Both the position numbers and the translations under genes were made by a program. A stretch of DNA of 64,000 bases, taken from the human T2T-CHM13v2.0 reference genome, Homo sapiens. Below are positions 1 through 15,600 of this stretch, piece after piece. The notes beneath the pieces were generated by a model, which was not told the DNA's origin, did no database searches, and saw only the letters and a list, made by a program, of their open reading frames with translations. The first letter of the stretch is position 1. Every line of letters begins with the position of its first letter. Where the stretch lies: NCBI RefSeq assembly GCF_009914755.1, contig NC_060941.1. One strand, 5' to 3'.

Positions 1-3000
1 TTTGCTTTCTACTCGGGTTAATTCTATTCCATTCTTTTCCATTGCATTCCATACCATTCCATTCCATTCCACTCCACTCGGGTTCATCCAATTCCATTCC
101 ATTCCATTCCATTCCATTCCATTCCATTCCATTCCAATCCATTCCACTCCAGTCGGGTTGACTCAATTCCATTCTATTCATTACCATTCCATTCCATTCC
201 ATTCCTTTCCATTGCATTCCATTCCATTCCATTCCATTCCATTCCATTCCTTTCCATTCCATTACATTGCATTCCATTCCACTCGGGTTGATTCCATTCC
301 ATTCCATTCCATTCCATTCCAATCCATTCCCTTCCATTGCATTTCATTTGATTCCATTCCATTCCATTCCATTCCATTCCATTCCATTCCATTCCAATCC
401 ATTGCCCTCCATTCCATTGCATTCCACTCTCCTTGATTCAATTGTATTCCATTCCATTCCATTCCATTCCACTACATTCCATTCCATTACACTCGGTTTG
501 ATTCCATTCCATTCCATTCCATTCCATTCCATTCCATTCCATTCCATTCCTTTCCAGTTGATTCAATTCCATTCTATTCCATTCTTTTTCATTCCATTCC
601 TTTCCATTCCATTCCAATCCAGTTCATTCCATTCCATTCCATTCCAATCCATTCCAGTTTATTCCATTCCATTCCATTCCCTTCGATTCGATTCCATTCC
701 ATTCCATTGCATACCATTCCATTCCACTCAGATTGATCGAATTCCAATCTATTTCATTCCATTCCATTCCATTCCACTCGGGTTGATTCCATTCCATTCC
801 ATTCCTTACAATTCAAATCCATTCCGTTCCATTTGATTCAATTCCATTCTATTCCATTTCACTCGATTCCATTCCATTCCATTCCAATCCATTCCATTCC
901 TTTCCACTCTGTTTGATTCCATTCCATTCCTTGCCATTCGCTTCCATTCCATCCCATTCCACTCTGGATGATTCCATTCTATTCCATTCCATTCCATTCA
1001 GTTCCACTCCATTCGATTCCACTCGTGTTGATTCCATTCCATTCCATTCCATTACATTCCATCCATTCCAGTTGATTCAATTCAATTCTATTCCATTCCA
1101 TTCCATTTCTTTCCATTTCATTCCATTCCATTCCACTCGGGTTGATTCAGTTCTATTCCATTCCATTAAATTCTATTCCGTTCCATCGCACTCCATTCCA
1201 TTACCTTCTATTCCATTCCAATCCATTCCATTCCATTCCATTGCATTACAGTTGATTCCATTCCATTCCATTCCATTCTATTCCATTCAATTCCATTCGA
1301 GTCCAGTTGATTCAATTCCATTCTATTCCACTACATTGTATTCCATTTCATTCCATTAAATTCCATTCCACTAGGCTTGATTCAATACTATTCCATTCCA
1401 TTCCATTCCATTCTACTAGGTTTGATTCAATTCCATTCCCTTCCGTTCCAATCCATTCTATTCCATTCCATTCCTGTAATTTCCTTTGCATTCCACTCGG
1501 GTTGATTCTATTCCACTCTATTCCATTCCATTCCACACCATTCCATTCTATTCCATTCCATTCCACTCCACTCGGGTTCATCCAATTCCATTCTAATCCA
1601 TTCCATTCCATTCCAATCCATTCCACTCCAGTCGGGTTGACTGAATTCCATTCTATTCATTTCCATTCCATTCCATTCCATTCCATTCCATTCCATTCCA
1701 TTCCATTCCTTTCCGTTGCATTCCGTTCCATTCCAATCCTTTCCATTGCATTCCATTCCACTCGGGTTGACTCCATTCCATTCCATTCCATGCCATTCCA
1801 ATCCATTCCATTCCACTCGGTTTGATTCTATTCCATTCAATTCCATTCCATTCCACACTATTGCATTCCATTCCATTCCATTCCACTCTACTCAGGTTCA
1901 TTCAATTCCATTCTATTCCATTGCATTCCATTCCATTCCAAATCATTCCACTCCATTCGGTTTCACTCAATTCCATTCTATTCATTTCCATTCCATTCCT
2001 TTCCATTGCATTCCATTCCATTCCTTTCCATTCCATTCCATTCCACTCGAATTGATTCATTTCCATTCCATTCCTTTCCATTCCACTCCACTCCATTCCA
2101 TTCCTTTCCATTCCACTCCACTCCATTCCATTCCATTCCATTCCATTCCATTCCATTCCATTCCATTCCAGTTGATTCAATTCCATACTATTGTATTCTT
2201 TTCTATTCTATTTGATTCCATTCCATTCCATTCCTCTCGGATGGATTCCATTCCATTCCATTCCATTCCATTCCATTCCATTCCGTTCCATTCCATTCGT
2301 GTTGTTTCCATTCCATTCCATTCCATTCCATTCGAATTCATTCCATTCCTCTTCATGTCACTCGGATTGATTTAATTCCATTCCAACCCATTCCATTCCA
2401 CTCCATTACATTCGATAACATTACATTCCAGTCAGTTTGATTCAACTCCATTCCATTCCATTCCATTCCATTCCATTCCATTCCTTTCTATTACACGGCG
2501 GTTGATTCCATTCCATTCCCTTCCATTCCATTCCACTCGAATGGATTCAATTCCATTGTGTTCCAATCCATTCCATTCCATTCCATTCCACTCGGGTTGA
2601 TTCCATTCCATTCCATTCCATTCCATTCCATTCCATTCCATTCCATTCCATTCCATTCCACTAGGGTTGATTTCCTTGCATTCCATTCGAATCCATTCCA
2701 TTCCATTCCATTCCATTCCATTCCATTCCAATCCATTCCACTCGGGTTGTTTCCATTCCATTTCATTCCTTTCCATTCCATTCCATTCCATTCCACTCGG
2801 GTTGATTCAATTCCATTCTATTCCAGTCCATTCCGTTTCATTCCATTCCACTCGGGTTGATTCCAGTCCATTCCATTCCATTCCATTCCATTCGATTTCA
2901 GTTGATTCTATTCATTTCTATTCGATTCAATGCCATTCCATTCCATTCCATTACATTCCAGTTGAATCCGTTATATTCCATTCCATTCCATTCCACTTGG

Positions 3001-6000
3001 GTTCATTCCATTCTGTTGTATTCCATTCCATTCCATTCTATTCCATACCATTCCATTCCATTGCATTCCACTCGGGTTGATTCTATTCCATTCTGTTCCA
3101 TTACATTGCATTCCACTCCGTTCCATTCCATTGCATTCCACTCGGGTTGATTCAATTCCATTCTATTCCATTCCATTCCATTCGTTTCCACGTGAGTTGA
3201 TACAATTCCATTCTATTCCTTTCCTTTCAATTCCATTCCATTCCGTTCCACTCTGGTTGATTCCATTCCATTCCATGCCATTCTATTCCACTCGGTTTGA
3301 CTCCTTTCCATTCCATTCCCTTCCATTTCAATCCATTGCTTTCCTTTCCATTCCAATTAATACAATTCCATTCTATTCGATTCCATTCCATTCCATTCCA
3401 TTCCATTCCATTCCATTCCATTCCATTCCAGTTGATTCCATTCCATTCCTTTCGATTCCATTCCATTCCATTCCATTGCATTCCATTCCATTCCATTGCA
3501 CTCGGGTTGATTCCATTCCATTCCAGTCCATTCCACTCCACTCGGATGGATTCCATTCCATTCCATTCCATTCCATTCCATTCCATTCCACCCGGGTTGA
3601 TTCCATTCCATTCCATTCCATTCCATTCCATTCCATTCCATTCCATTCCATTCCACTAGGGTGGATTCCATTGCATTCCATTCCTATCCATTCCATTCCT
3701 TTCCATTCCATTCCACTGGGGTTGATTCCACTCCATTTCATTCCTTTCCATTTCATTCCATTCCATTACTCTCGGGTTGATTCAATTCCGTTCTGTTCCA
3801 TGCCATTCCATTCCATTCCTTTGTATTCCATTCCATTACATTCCATTATGGTTAATTCAAATCCATTCTATTCCATTGCTTTCCATTCCATTCCATTCCA
3901 CTCGTGCTGATTCAATTCCATTCTATTCCATTCTATTCCATTCCATTCCATTCCATTCCATTCCATTCCACTCGGGTTCACTCCATTCCATTCCATTCCA
4001 TTCCATTCCATTCCATTCCATTCCAGTTGATTCAATTCCATTCTATTACATGTCATTCCATTCTATTCCATTACTTTCCATTACATTCCATTCCATTCTA
4101 TTCCAGATTATTCAATTCCATACTATTCCATTCCATTCCATTCCATTCCAGTCCATTCCATTCCATTTCATTCCATTGCATTGGAGTTTCTTCCATTCCA
4201 TTCTATTCCATTCCATTGAATTCCATTCCGTTCCATTCCATTCCACTCGCTTTGTTTCCATTCCATTCCATCCCACTCCCTTCCATTCCATTCTATTCGA
4301 TTCCATTCCATTCCATTCGATTCCATTCCATTCCAGTACATTACATTCCAGTTGATTCAATTCCATTCTGTTCCATTCGGATCCATTCCATTCCATTCCG
4401 TTCAATTCCATTCCATTGCATTCCAGTTGATTCAATTCCATTCTATTCCATTCCGTTCCATTCCATACAATTCCATTCCATTCCATTCCAATTGATTCCA
4501 TTCCATTCCCTTCCAATCCGTTGCATTCCATTCCATTCCATTCCACTCGGATTGATACAATTCCATTCTATTCCATTCCATTCCATTTAATTCCATTCCA
4601 TTCCATTCCATTTAATTCCATTCCATTCCATTCCATTGCTTTCCATTCCACTTGGGTTGAATTCATTCCACTGCATTCCATTCCATTCCATTCCACTACA
4701 TTCCATTCCTTTCCTTTGATTGGCATTGCATTCCATTGCATTCCATTCCATTCCATTCCATTCTACTCGGGTTGATTCAATTCCATTCTATTGCTTTCCA
4801 TTCCATTCCAATCCGTTCCATTCCATTGCAGTTGATTGAATTCTATTCTAATTCATTGCTTTCCATTCAATTCCATTCCATCCCAGTTGATTTAATTCCA
4901 TTGTATTCCATTCTATTCCATTCCATTGCATTCCATTCCATTCCAGTTGATTCAATTCCATTCTATTCCATTGCATTCCATTTCGTTCCATTTCATTCCA
5001 TTCCATTCCACTCGGGTTGATTCAGTTCGATTCCATTGCATTAAATTCCATTCCACTTGGGTTGATTCAATTCCATTCTATTCCGTTTCATCGCACTCCA
5101 TTCCATTCCATTCCATTCCATTCCATTCCATTCCATTCCATTGCATTACAGTTGATTCCATTCCTTTCCATTCCATTCTATTCCATTCAATTCCATTCGA
5201 GTCCGGTTGATTCAATTCCATTCTATTCCACTCCATTCTATTCCATTTCATTCCATTAAATTCCCTTCCACTAGGCTTGATTCAATTCTATTCCATTCCA
5301 TTCCACTAGGTTTGATTCAATTCCATTCCCTTCCGTTCCAATCCATTCCATTCCATTCCACTCCTTTAATTTCCTTTGCATTCCACTCGGGTTGATTCTA
5401 TTCCATTCTATTCCATTCCATTCCACACCATTCCATTCTATTCCATTCCATTCCACTCCACTCGGGTTCATCCAATTCCATGCTAATCCATTCCATTCCA
5501 TTACATTCCATTCCAATCCATTCCACTCCAGTCAGGTTGACTGAATTCCATTCTATTCATTTCCATTCCATTCCATTACATTCCATTCCTTTCCGTTGCA
5601 TTCCATTCCATTCCAATCCTTTCCATTCCTTTCCATTGCGTTCCATTCCCCTCGGGTTGATTCCATTCCATTCCATTCTATTCCATTCAATTCCATTCCA
5701 GTTGATTCAATTCCTTTCTATTCCACTCCATTCTATTCCATTTCATTCCATTAAATTCCATTCCACTAGGCTTGATTCAATTCTATTCCATTCCATTCCA
5801 TTCCATTCCATTCCATTCCATTCCATTCCATTCCATTCCAGTAGGTTTGATTCAATTCCATTCCCTTCCCTTCCAATCCATTCCATTCCATTCCATTCCT
5901 TTAATTTCCTTTGCATTCCACTCGGGTTGATTCTATTCCATTCTATTCCATTCCATTTAACACCATTCCATTCTATTCCATTCCATGCCACTCCACTCGG

Positions 6001-9000
6001 ATTCATCCAATTCCATTCTAATCCATTCCATTCCATTCCAATCCATTCCAATCCAGTCGGGTTGACTGAATTCCATTCTATTCATTTCCATTCCATTCCA
6101 TTCCATTCCATTCCATTCCATTCCACTCGGGTTGATTCCAGTCCATTCCATTCCATTCGATTTCAGTTGATTCTATTCCTTTCTATTCCATTCAATGCCA
6201 TTCCATTCCATTCCATTCCATTCGAGTTGATTCCGTTATATTCCATTCCATTCCACTCGAGTTCATTCCATTCTGTTGTATTCCATTCCATTCCATTCCA
6301 TTCCATTCCATTCTATTCCATACCATTCCATTCCATTGCATTCCACTCAGGTTGATTCTATTCCATTCTGTTGCATTCCATTCCATTGCATTCCACTCGG
6401 GTTGATTCAATTCCATTCTATTCCATTCCATTCCATTCCTTCCACGCGAGTTGATACAATTCCATTCTATTCCTTTCCTTTCAATTCCATTCCATTCCAT
6501 TCCACTCTGGTTGATTCCATTCTATTCCATGCCATTCTATTCCACTCGGTTTGATTCCTTTCCATTCCATTCCCTTCCATTTCATTCCATTGTTTTCCTT
6601 TCCATTCCAAGTGATACAATTCCATTCTATTCGATTCCATTCCATTCCATTCCATTCCAGTTGATTCCATTCCATTCCTTTCGATTCCATTCCATTTCAT
6701 TCTATTCCATTCCACTCGTGTTGATTCCATTCTATTCCATTCCATTCCATTCCATTCCATTCCATTCCATTCCATTCCAGTCGTGTTGATTCCATTCCAT
6801 TCCAGTCCATTCCATTCCACTCGGATGGATTCCATCCCATTCCATTCCATTCCATTCCATTCCATTCCATTCCATTCCATTCCACTCGTGTTGATTCCAT
6901 TCCATTCCATTCCATTCCATTCCATTCCATTCCATTCCACTGGAGTTGATTCCATTCCATTGCATTCCTTTCCACTTCATTCCATTCCATTACTCTAAGG
7001 TTGAGTCAATTCCGTTCTTTTCCATGCCATTCCATTCCATTCCATTCCATTCCATTCCATTCCATTCCATCAGGGTTAATTCATATCCATTCTATTCCAT
7101 TCCTTTCCATTCCATTCCATTCCACTCGTGCTGATTCAATTCCATTCTATTCCATTCCATTCCATTCCATTCCTCTCGGATTCACTCCATTCCATTCCCT
7201 TCCATTCCATTCCATTCCATTCCAGTTGATTCAATTCCATTCTATTACATGTCATTCCATTCTATTCCATTCCATTCCATTCCATTCCATTCCATTCCAT
7301 TCCATTCCTTTCCACTTCGGTTGAATTCATTCCACTCCATTCCAATCCATTCCATTCCATTCCATTCCATTCCATTCCATTCTACTCGGGTTGATTCAAT
7401 TCCATTCTATTGCTTTCCATTCCATTCCAATCCATTCCATTCCATTGCAGTTGATTGAATTCTATTCTAATTCATTGCTTTCCATTCCATTCCATTCCAT
7501 CCCAGTTGATTTAATTCCATTCTATTCCGTTCCGTTCTATTCCAGTTGATTCAATTCCATTCTATTCCATTCCATTCCATTTCGTTCCATTTCATTCCAT
7601 TCCATTCCACTCGGGTTGATTCAGTTCTATTCCATTCCATTAAATTCCATTCCAATAGGGTTGATTCAATTCCATTCTATTCCATTCCATCGCACTCCTT
7701 TCCATTCCATTCTATTCCATTCCATTCAGTTCCATTCCATTCCATTCCATTGCATTCCAGTTGATTCCATTCCATTCCATTCCATTCTATTCCATTCAAT
7801 TCGATTCGAGGCCAGTTGATTCAACTTCATTCTATTCCACTCCATTCTATACCATTTCATTCCATTAAATTCCATTCCACTAGGCTTGATTCAATTATAT
7901 TCCATTCCATTCCATTCCATTCCATTCCATTCCATTCCATTCCATTCCATTCGGGTTGATTCCATTGCATTCCATTCCATTCCATTCCATTCCATTCCAT
8001 TCCATTCCACTAGGGTGGATTCCATTGCACTCCATTCCAATCCATTCCATTGCTTTTCTTCCATTCCACTGGGGTTGATTCCATTCCATTTCATTCCTTT
8101 CTATTTCATTCCATTCCATTACTCTGGGGTTGATTCAATTCCGTTCTATTCCATGCCATTCCATTCCATTCCATTGCATTCCATTCCATTCCATTCCATT
8201 AGGGTTAATTCAAATCCATTCTATTCCATTCCTTTCCATTCCATTCCATTCCACTCGTGTTGATTCAATTCCATTCTATTCCATTCCATTCCATTCCATT
8301 CCATTCCATTGCATTCCATTCCATTCCAGTTGATTGAATTCCATTCTATTACATGTCATTCCATTCTATTCCATTACTTTCCATTCCATTCCAATCCATT
8401 CTATTCCAGATTATTCAATTCCATACTATTCCATTCCTGTACATTCCATTCCAGTCCATTCCATTCCATTTCATTCCATTGCATTCGAGTTTCTTCCATT
8501 AAATTCCATTCCATTCCATTGAATTCCATTCTGTTCCATTCCATTCCACTCGCTTTGTTTCCATTCCATTCCATTCCATTCCAGTTGATTCAATTCCATT
8601 CTGTTCCATTCGGATCCATTCCATTCCATACAATTCCATTACATTCCATTCAAATTGATTCCATTACATTCCCTTCCAATCCATTGCATTCCATTCCATT
8701 CCATTACATTCCACTCCACTCGGATTGATTCAATTCCATTCTATTCCATTCCATTCCATTCCATTTAATTCCTTTCGATTCCATTGCATTCCATTCCACT
8801 TGGGTTGAATTCATTCCACTCCATTCCATTCCATTCCATTCCATTACATTCCGTTCCGTTCCTTTGATTGGCGTTGCATTCCACTGCATTCCATTCCATT
8901 CCATTCCATTCCATTCTACTCGGGTTGACTTAATTCCATTCTATTGCTTTCCATTCCATTCCAATCCGTTCCATTCCATTGCAGTTGATTGAATTCTATT

Positions 9001-9621
9001 GTAATTCATTCCTTTCCATTCCATTCCATTCCATCCCAGTTGATTTAATTCCATTCTATTCCATTCCATTGCATTCCATTCCATTCCAGTTGATTCAATT
9101 CCATTCTATTCCATTCCATTCCATTTCGTTCCATTTCATTGCATTCCATTCCACTCGATTTGATTCAGTTCTATTCCATTCCATTAAATTCCATTCCACT
9201 AGGGTTGATTCATTTCCATTCTATTCCATTCCATCGCAATCCATTCCATTCCATTAAATTCCATTCCACTAGGGTTGATTCATTTCCATTCTATTCCATT
9301 CCATCGCACTCCATTCCATTCCATTCTATTCCATTCCATTCCGTTCCATTCCATTCCATTCCACTGCATTCCAGTTGATTCCATTCCATTCCATTCCATT
9401 CTTTCTATTCCATTCAATTCTATTCGAGTCCAGTTGATTCAATTTCATTCTATTCCTCTCCATTCTATACCATTTCATTCCATTCCACTAGGCTTGATTC
9501 AATTCTGTTCCATTCCATTCTATTCCATTCCATTCCATTCCATTCCATTCCACTAGGTTTGATTCAATTCCATTCCCTTCCGTTCCAATCCATTCCATTC
9601 CATTCTATTCCTTTAAATTCC
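1..9621 (+). repeat. ~9.6-kb higher-order repeat, copy 1 (unit start set arbitrarily at window start)
   Basis: The marker tttgctttctactcgggttaattctatt lies at 1, 9622, 19263 and 28899. Rare markers (acacggcggttg, cctttgattggc, ggatcc, gaggccag, tgtaca) recur in the same order. ORF-track translations repeat at the same offsets. Confidence 0.96.
9181..9310 (+). repeat. 70-bp tandem duplication inside the higher-order unit
   Basis: ccattaaattccattccactagggttgattcatttccattctattccattccatcgca occurs at 9181 and 9251. It is retained in copy 2 (~18,807-18,940) and copy 3 (~28,458-28,590). Confidence 0.9.
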
Positions 9622-12600
9622 TTTGCTTTCTACTCGGGTTAATTCTATTCCATTCTTTTCCATTGCATTCCATACCATTCCATTCCATTCCACTCCACTC
9701 GGGTTCATCCAATTCCATTCCATTCCATTCCATTCCATTCCATTCCATTCCATTCCAATCCATTCCACTCCAGTCGGGTTGACTCAATTCCATTCTATTC
9801 ATTACCATTCCATTCCATTCCATTCCTTTCCATTGCATTCCATTCCATTCCATTCCATTCCATTCCATTCCTTTCCATTCCATTACATTGCATTCCATTC
9901 CACTCGGGTTGATTCCATTCCATTCCATTCCATTCCATTCCATTCCAATCCATTCCCTTCCATTGCATTCCATTTGATTCCATTCCATTCCATTCCATTC
10001 CATTCCATTCCATTCCAATCCATTGCCCTCCATTCCATTGCATTCCACTCTCCTTGATTCAATTGTATTCCATTCCATTCCATTCCATTCCACTACATTC
10101 CATTCCATTACACTCGGTTTGATTCCATTCCATTCCATTCCATTCCATTCCATTCCATTCCATTCCTTTCCAGTTGATTCAATTCCATTCTATTCCATTC
10201 TTTTTCATTCCATTCCTTTCCATTCCATTCCAATCCAGTTCATTCCATTCCATTCCATTCCAATCCATTCCAGTTTATTCCATTCCATTCCATTCCCTTC
10301 GATTCGATTCCATTCCATTCCATTGCATACCATTCCATTCCACTCAGATTGATCGAATTCCAATCTATTTCATTCCATTCCATTCCATTCCACTCGGGTT
10401 GATTCCATTCCATTCCATTCCTTACAATTCAAATCCATTCCGTTCCATTTGATTCAATTCCATTCTATTCCATTTCACTCGATTCCATTCCATTCCATTC
10501 CAATCCATTCCATTCCTTTCCACTCTGTTTGATTCCATTCCATTCCTTGCCATTCGCTTCCATTCCATCCCATTCCACTCTGGATGATTCCATTCTATTC
10601 CATTCCATTCCATTCAGTTCCACTCCATTCGATTCCACTCGTGTTGATTCCATTCCATTCCATTCCATTACATTCCATCCATTCCAGTTGATTCAATTCA
10701 ATTCTATTCCATTCCATTCCATTTCTTTCCATTTCATTCCATTCCATTCCACTCGGGTTGATTCAGTTCTATTCCATTCCATTAAATTCTATTCCGTTCC
10801 ATCGCACTCCATTCCATTACCTTCTATTCCATTCCAATCCATTCCATTCCATTCCATTGCATTACAGTTGATTCCATTCCATTCCATTCCATTCTATTCC
10901 ATTCAATTCCATTCGAGTCCAGTTGATTCAATTCCATTCTATTCCACTACATTGTATTCCATTTCATTCCATTAAATTCCATTCCACTAGGCTTGATTCA
11001 ATACTATTCCATTCCATTCCATTCCATTCTACTAGGTTTGATTCAATTCCATTCCCTTCCGTTCCAATCCATTCTATTCCATTCCATTCCTGTAATTTCC
11101 TTTGCATTCCACTCGGGTTGATTCTATTCCACTCTATTCCATTCCATTCCACACCATTCCATTCTATTCCATTCCATTCCACTCCACTCGGGTTCATCCA
11201 ATTCCATTCTAATCCATTCCATTCCATTCCAATCCATTCCACTCCAGTCGGGTTGACTGAATTCCATTCTATTCATTTCCATTCCATTCCATTCCATTCC
11301 ATTCCATTCCATTCCATTCCATTCCTTTCCGTTGCATTCCGTTCCATTCCAATCCTTTCCATTGCATTCCATTCCACTCGGGTTGACTCCATTCCATTCC
11401 ATTCCATGCCATTCCAATCCATTCCATTCCACTCGGTTTGATTCTATTCCATTCAATTCCATTCCATTCCACACTATTGCATTCCATTCCATTCCATTCC
11501 ACTCTACTCAGGTTCATTCAATTCCATTCTATTCCATTGCATTCCATTCCATTCCAAATCATTCCACTCCATTCGGTTTCACTCAATTCCATTCTATTCA
11601 TTTCCATTCCATTCCTTTCCATTGCATTCCATTCCATTCCTTTCCATTCCATTCCATTCCACTCGAATTGATTCATTTCCATTCCATTCCTTTCCATTCC
11701 ACTCCACTCCATTCCATTCCTTTCCATTCCACTCCACTCCATTCCATTCCATTCCATTCCATTCCATTCCATTCCATTCCAGTTGATTCAATTCCATACT
11801 ATTGTATTCTTTTCTATTCTATTTGATTCCATTCCATTCCATTCCTCTCGGATGGATTCCATTCCATTCCATTCCATTCCATTCCATTCCATTCCGTTCC
11901 ATTCCATTCGTGTTGTTTCCATTCCATTCCATTCCATTCCATTCGAATTCATTCCATTCCTCTTCATGTCACTCGGATTGATTTAATTCCATTCCAACCC
12001 ATTCCATTCCACTCCATTACATTCGATAACATTACATTCCAGTCAGTTTGATTCAACTCCATTCCATTCCATTCCATTCCATTCCATTCCATTCCTTTCT
12101 ATTACACGGCGGTTGATTCCATTCCATTCCCTTCCATTCCATTCCACTCGAATGGATTCAATTCCATTGTGTTCCAATCCATTCCATTCCATTCCATTCC
12201 ACTCGGGTTGATTCCATTCCATTCCATTCCATTCCATTCCATTCCATTCCATTCCATTCCATTCCATTCCACTAGGGTTGATTTCCTTGCATTCCATTCG
12301 AATCCATTCCATTCCATTCCATTCCATTCCATTCCATTCCAATCCATTCCACTCGGGTTGTTTCCATTCCATTTCATTCCTTTCCATTCCATTCCATTCC
12401 ATTCCACTCGGGTTGATTCAATTCCATTCTATTCCAGTCCATTCCGTTTCATTCCATTCCACTCGGGTTGATTCCAGTCCATTCCATTCCATTCCATTCC
12501 ATTCGATTTCAGTTGATTCTATTCATTTCTATTCGATTCAATGCCATTCCATTCCATTCCATTACATTCCAGTTGAATCCGTTATATTCCATTCCATTCC

Positions 12601-15600
12601 ATTCCACTTGGGTTCATTCCATTCTGTTGTATTCCATTCCATTCCATTCTATTCCATACCATTCCATTCCATTGCATTCCACTCGGGTTGATTCTATTCC
12701 ATTCTGTTCCATTACATTGCATTCCACTCCGTTCCATTCCATTGCATTCCACTCGGGTTGATTCAATTCCATTCTATTCCATTCCATTCCATTCGTTTCC
12801 ACGTGAGTTGATACAATTCCATTCTATTCCTTTCCTTTCAATTCCATTCCATTCCGTTCCACTCTGGTTGATTCCATTCCATTCCATGCCATTCTATTCC
12901 ACTCGGTTTGACTCCTTTCCATTCCATTCCCTTCCATTTCAATCCATTGCTTTCCTTTCCATTCCAATTAATACAATTCCATTCTATTCGATTCCATTCC
13001 ATTCCATTCCATTCCATTCCATTCCATTCCATTCCAGTTGATTCCATTCCATTCCTTTCGATTCCATTCCATTCCATTCCATTGCATTCCATTCCATTCC
13101 ATTGCACTCGGGTTGATTCCATTCCATTCCAGTCCATTCCACTCCACTCGGATGGATTCCATTCCATTCCATTCCATTCCATTCCATTCCATTCCACCCG
13201 GGTTGATTCCATTCCATTCCATTCCATTCCATTCCATTCCATTCCATTCCATTCCATTCCACTAGGGTGGATTCCATTGCATTCCATTCCTATCCATTCC
13301 ATTCCTTTCCATTCCATTCCACTGGGGTTGATTCCACTCCATTTCATTCCTTTCCATTTCATTCCATTCCATTACTCTCGGGTTGATTCAATTCCGTTCT
13401 GTTCCATGCCATTCCATTCCATTCCTTTGTATTCCATTCCATTACATTCCATTATGGTTAATTCAAATCCATTCTATTCCATTGCTTTCCATTCCATTCC
13501 ATTCCACTCGTGCTGATTCAATTCCATTCTATTCCATTCTATTCCATTCCATTCCATTCCATTCCATTCCATTCCATTCCACTCGGGTTCACTCCATTCC
13601 ATTCCATTCCATTCCATTCCATTCCATTCCATTCCATTCCAGTTGATTCAATTCCATTCTATTACATGTCATTCCATTCTATTCCATTACTTTCCATTAC
13701 ATTCCATTCCATTCTATTCCAGATTATTCAATTCCATACTATTCCATTCCATTCCATTCCATTCCAGTCCATTCCATTCCATTTCATTCCATTGCATTGG
13801 AGTTTCTTCCATTCCATTCTATTCCATTCCATTGAATTCCATTCCGTTCCATTCCATTCCACTCGCTTTGTTTCCATTCCATTCCATCCCACTCCCTTCC
13901 ATTCCATTCTATTCGATTCCATTCCATTCCATTCGATTCCATTCCATTCCAGTACATTACATTCCAGTTGATTCAATTCCATTCTGTTCCATTCGGATCC
14001 ATTCCATTCCATTCCGTTCAATTCCATTCCATTGCATTCCAGTTGATTCAATTCCATTCTATTCCATTCCGTTCCATTCCATACAATTCCATTCCATTCC
14101 ATTCCAATTGATTCCATTCCATTCCCTTCCAATCCGTTGCATTCCATTCCATTCCATTCCACTCGGATTGATACAATTCCATTCTATTCCATTCCATTCC
14201 ATTTAATTCCATTCCATTCCATTCCATTTAATTCCATTCCATTCCATTCCATTGCTTTCCATTCCACTTGGGTTGAATTCATTCCACTGCATTCCATTCC
14301 ATTCCATTCCACTACATTCCATTCCTTTCCTTTGATTGGCATTGCATTCCATTGCATTCCATTCCATTCCATTCCATTCTACTCGGGTTGATTCAATTCC
14401 ATTCTATTGCTTTCCATTCCATTCCAATCCGTTCCATTCCATTGCAGTTGATTGAATTCTATTCTAATTCATTGCTTTCCATTCAATTCCATTCCATCCC
14501 AGTTGATTTAATTCCATTGTATTCCATTCTATTCCATTCCATTGCATTCCATTCCATTCCAGTTGATTCAATTCCATTCTATTCCATTGCATTCCATTTC
14601 GTTCCATTTCATTCCATTCCATTCCACTCGGGTTGATTCAGTTCGATTCCATTGCATTAAATTCCATTCCACTTGGGTTGATTCAATTCCATTCTATTCC
14701 GTTTCATCGCACTCCATTCCATTCCATTCCATTCCATTCCATTCCATTCCATTCCATTCCATTCCATTGCATTACAGTTGATTCCATTCCTTTCCATTCC
14801 ATTCTATTCCATTCAATTCCATTCGAGTCCGGTTGATTCAATTCCATTCTATTCCACTCCATTCTATTCCATTTCATTCCATTAAATTCCCTTCCACTAG
14901 GCTTGATTCAATTCTATTCCATTCCATTCCACTAGGTTTGATTCAATTCCATTCCCTTCCGTTCCAATCCATTCCATTCCATTCCACTCCTTTAATTTCC
15001 TTTGCATTCCACTCGGGTTGATTCTATTCCATTCTATTCCATTCCATTCCACACCATTCCATTCTATTCCATTCCATTCCACTCCACTCGGGTTCATCCA
15101 ATTCCATGCTAATCCATTCCATTCCATTACATTCCATTCCAATCCATTCCACTCCAGTCAGGTTGACTGAATTCCATTCTATTCATTTCCATTCCATTCC
15201 ATTACATTCCATTCCTTTCCGTTGCATTCCATTCCATTCCAATCCTTTCCATTCCTTTCCATTGCGTTCCATTCCCCTCGGGTTGATTCCATTCCATTCC
15301 ATTCTATTCCATTCAATTCCATTCCAGTTGATTCAATTCCTTTCTATTCCACTCCATTCTATTCCATTTCATTCCATTAAATTCCATTCCACTAGGCTTG
15401 ATTCAATTCTATTCCATTCCATTCCATTCCATTCCATTCCATTCCATTCCATTCCATTCCAGTAGGTTTGATTCAATTCCATTCCCTTCCCTTCCAATCC
15501 ATTCCATTCCATTCCATTCCTTTAATTTCCTTTGCATTCCACTCGGGTTGATTCTATTCCATTCTATTCCATTCCATTTAACACCATTCCATTCTATTCC

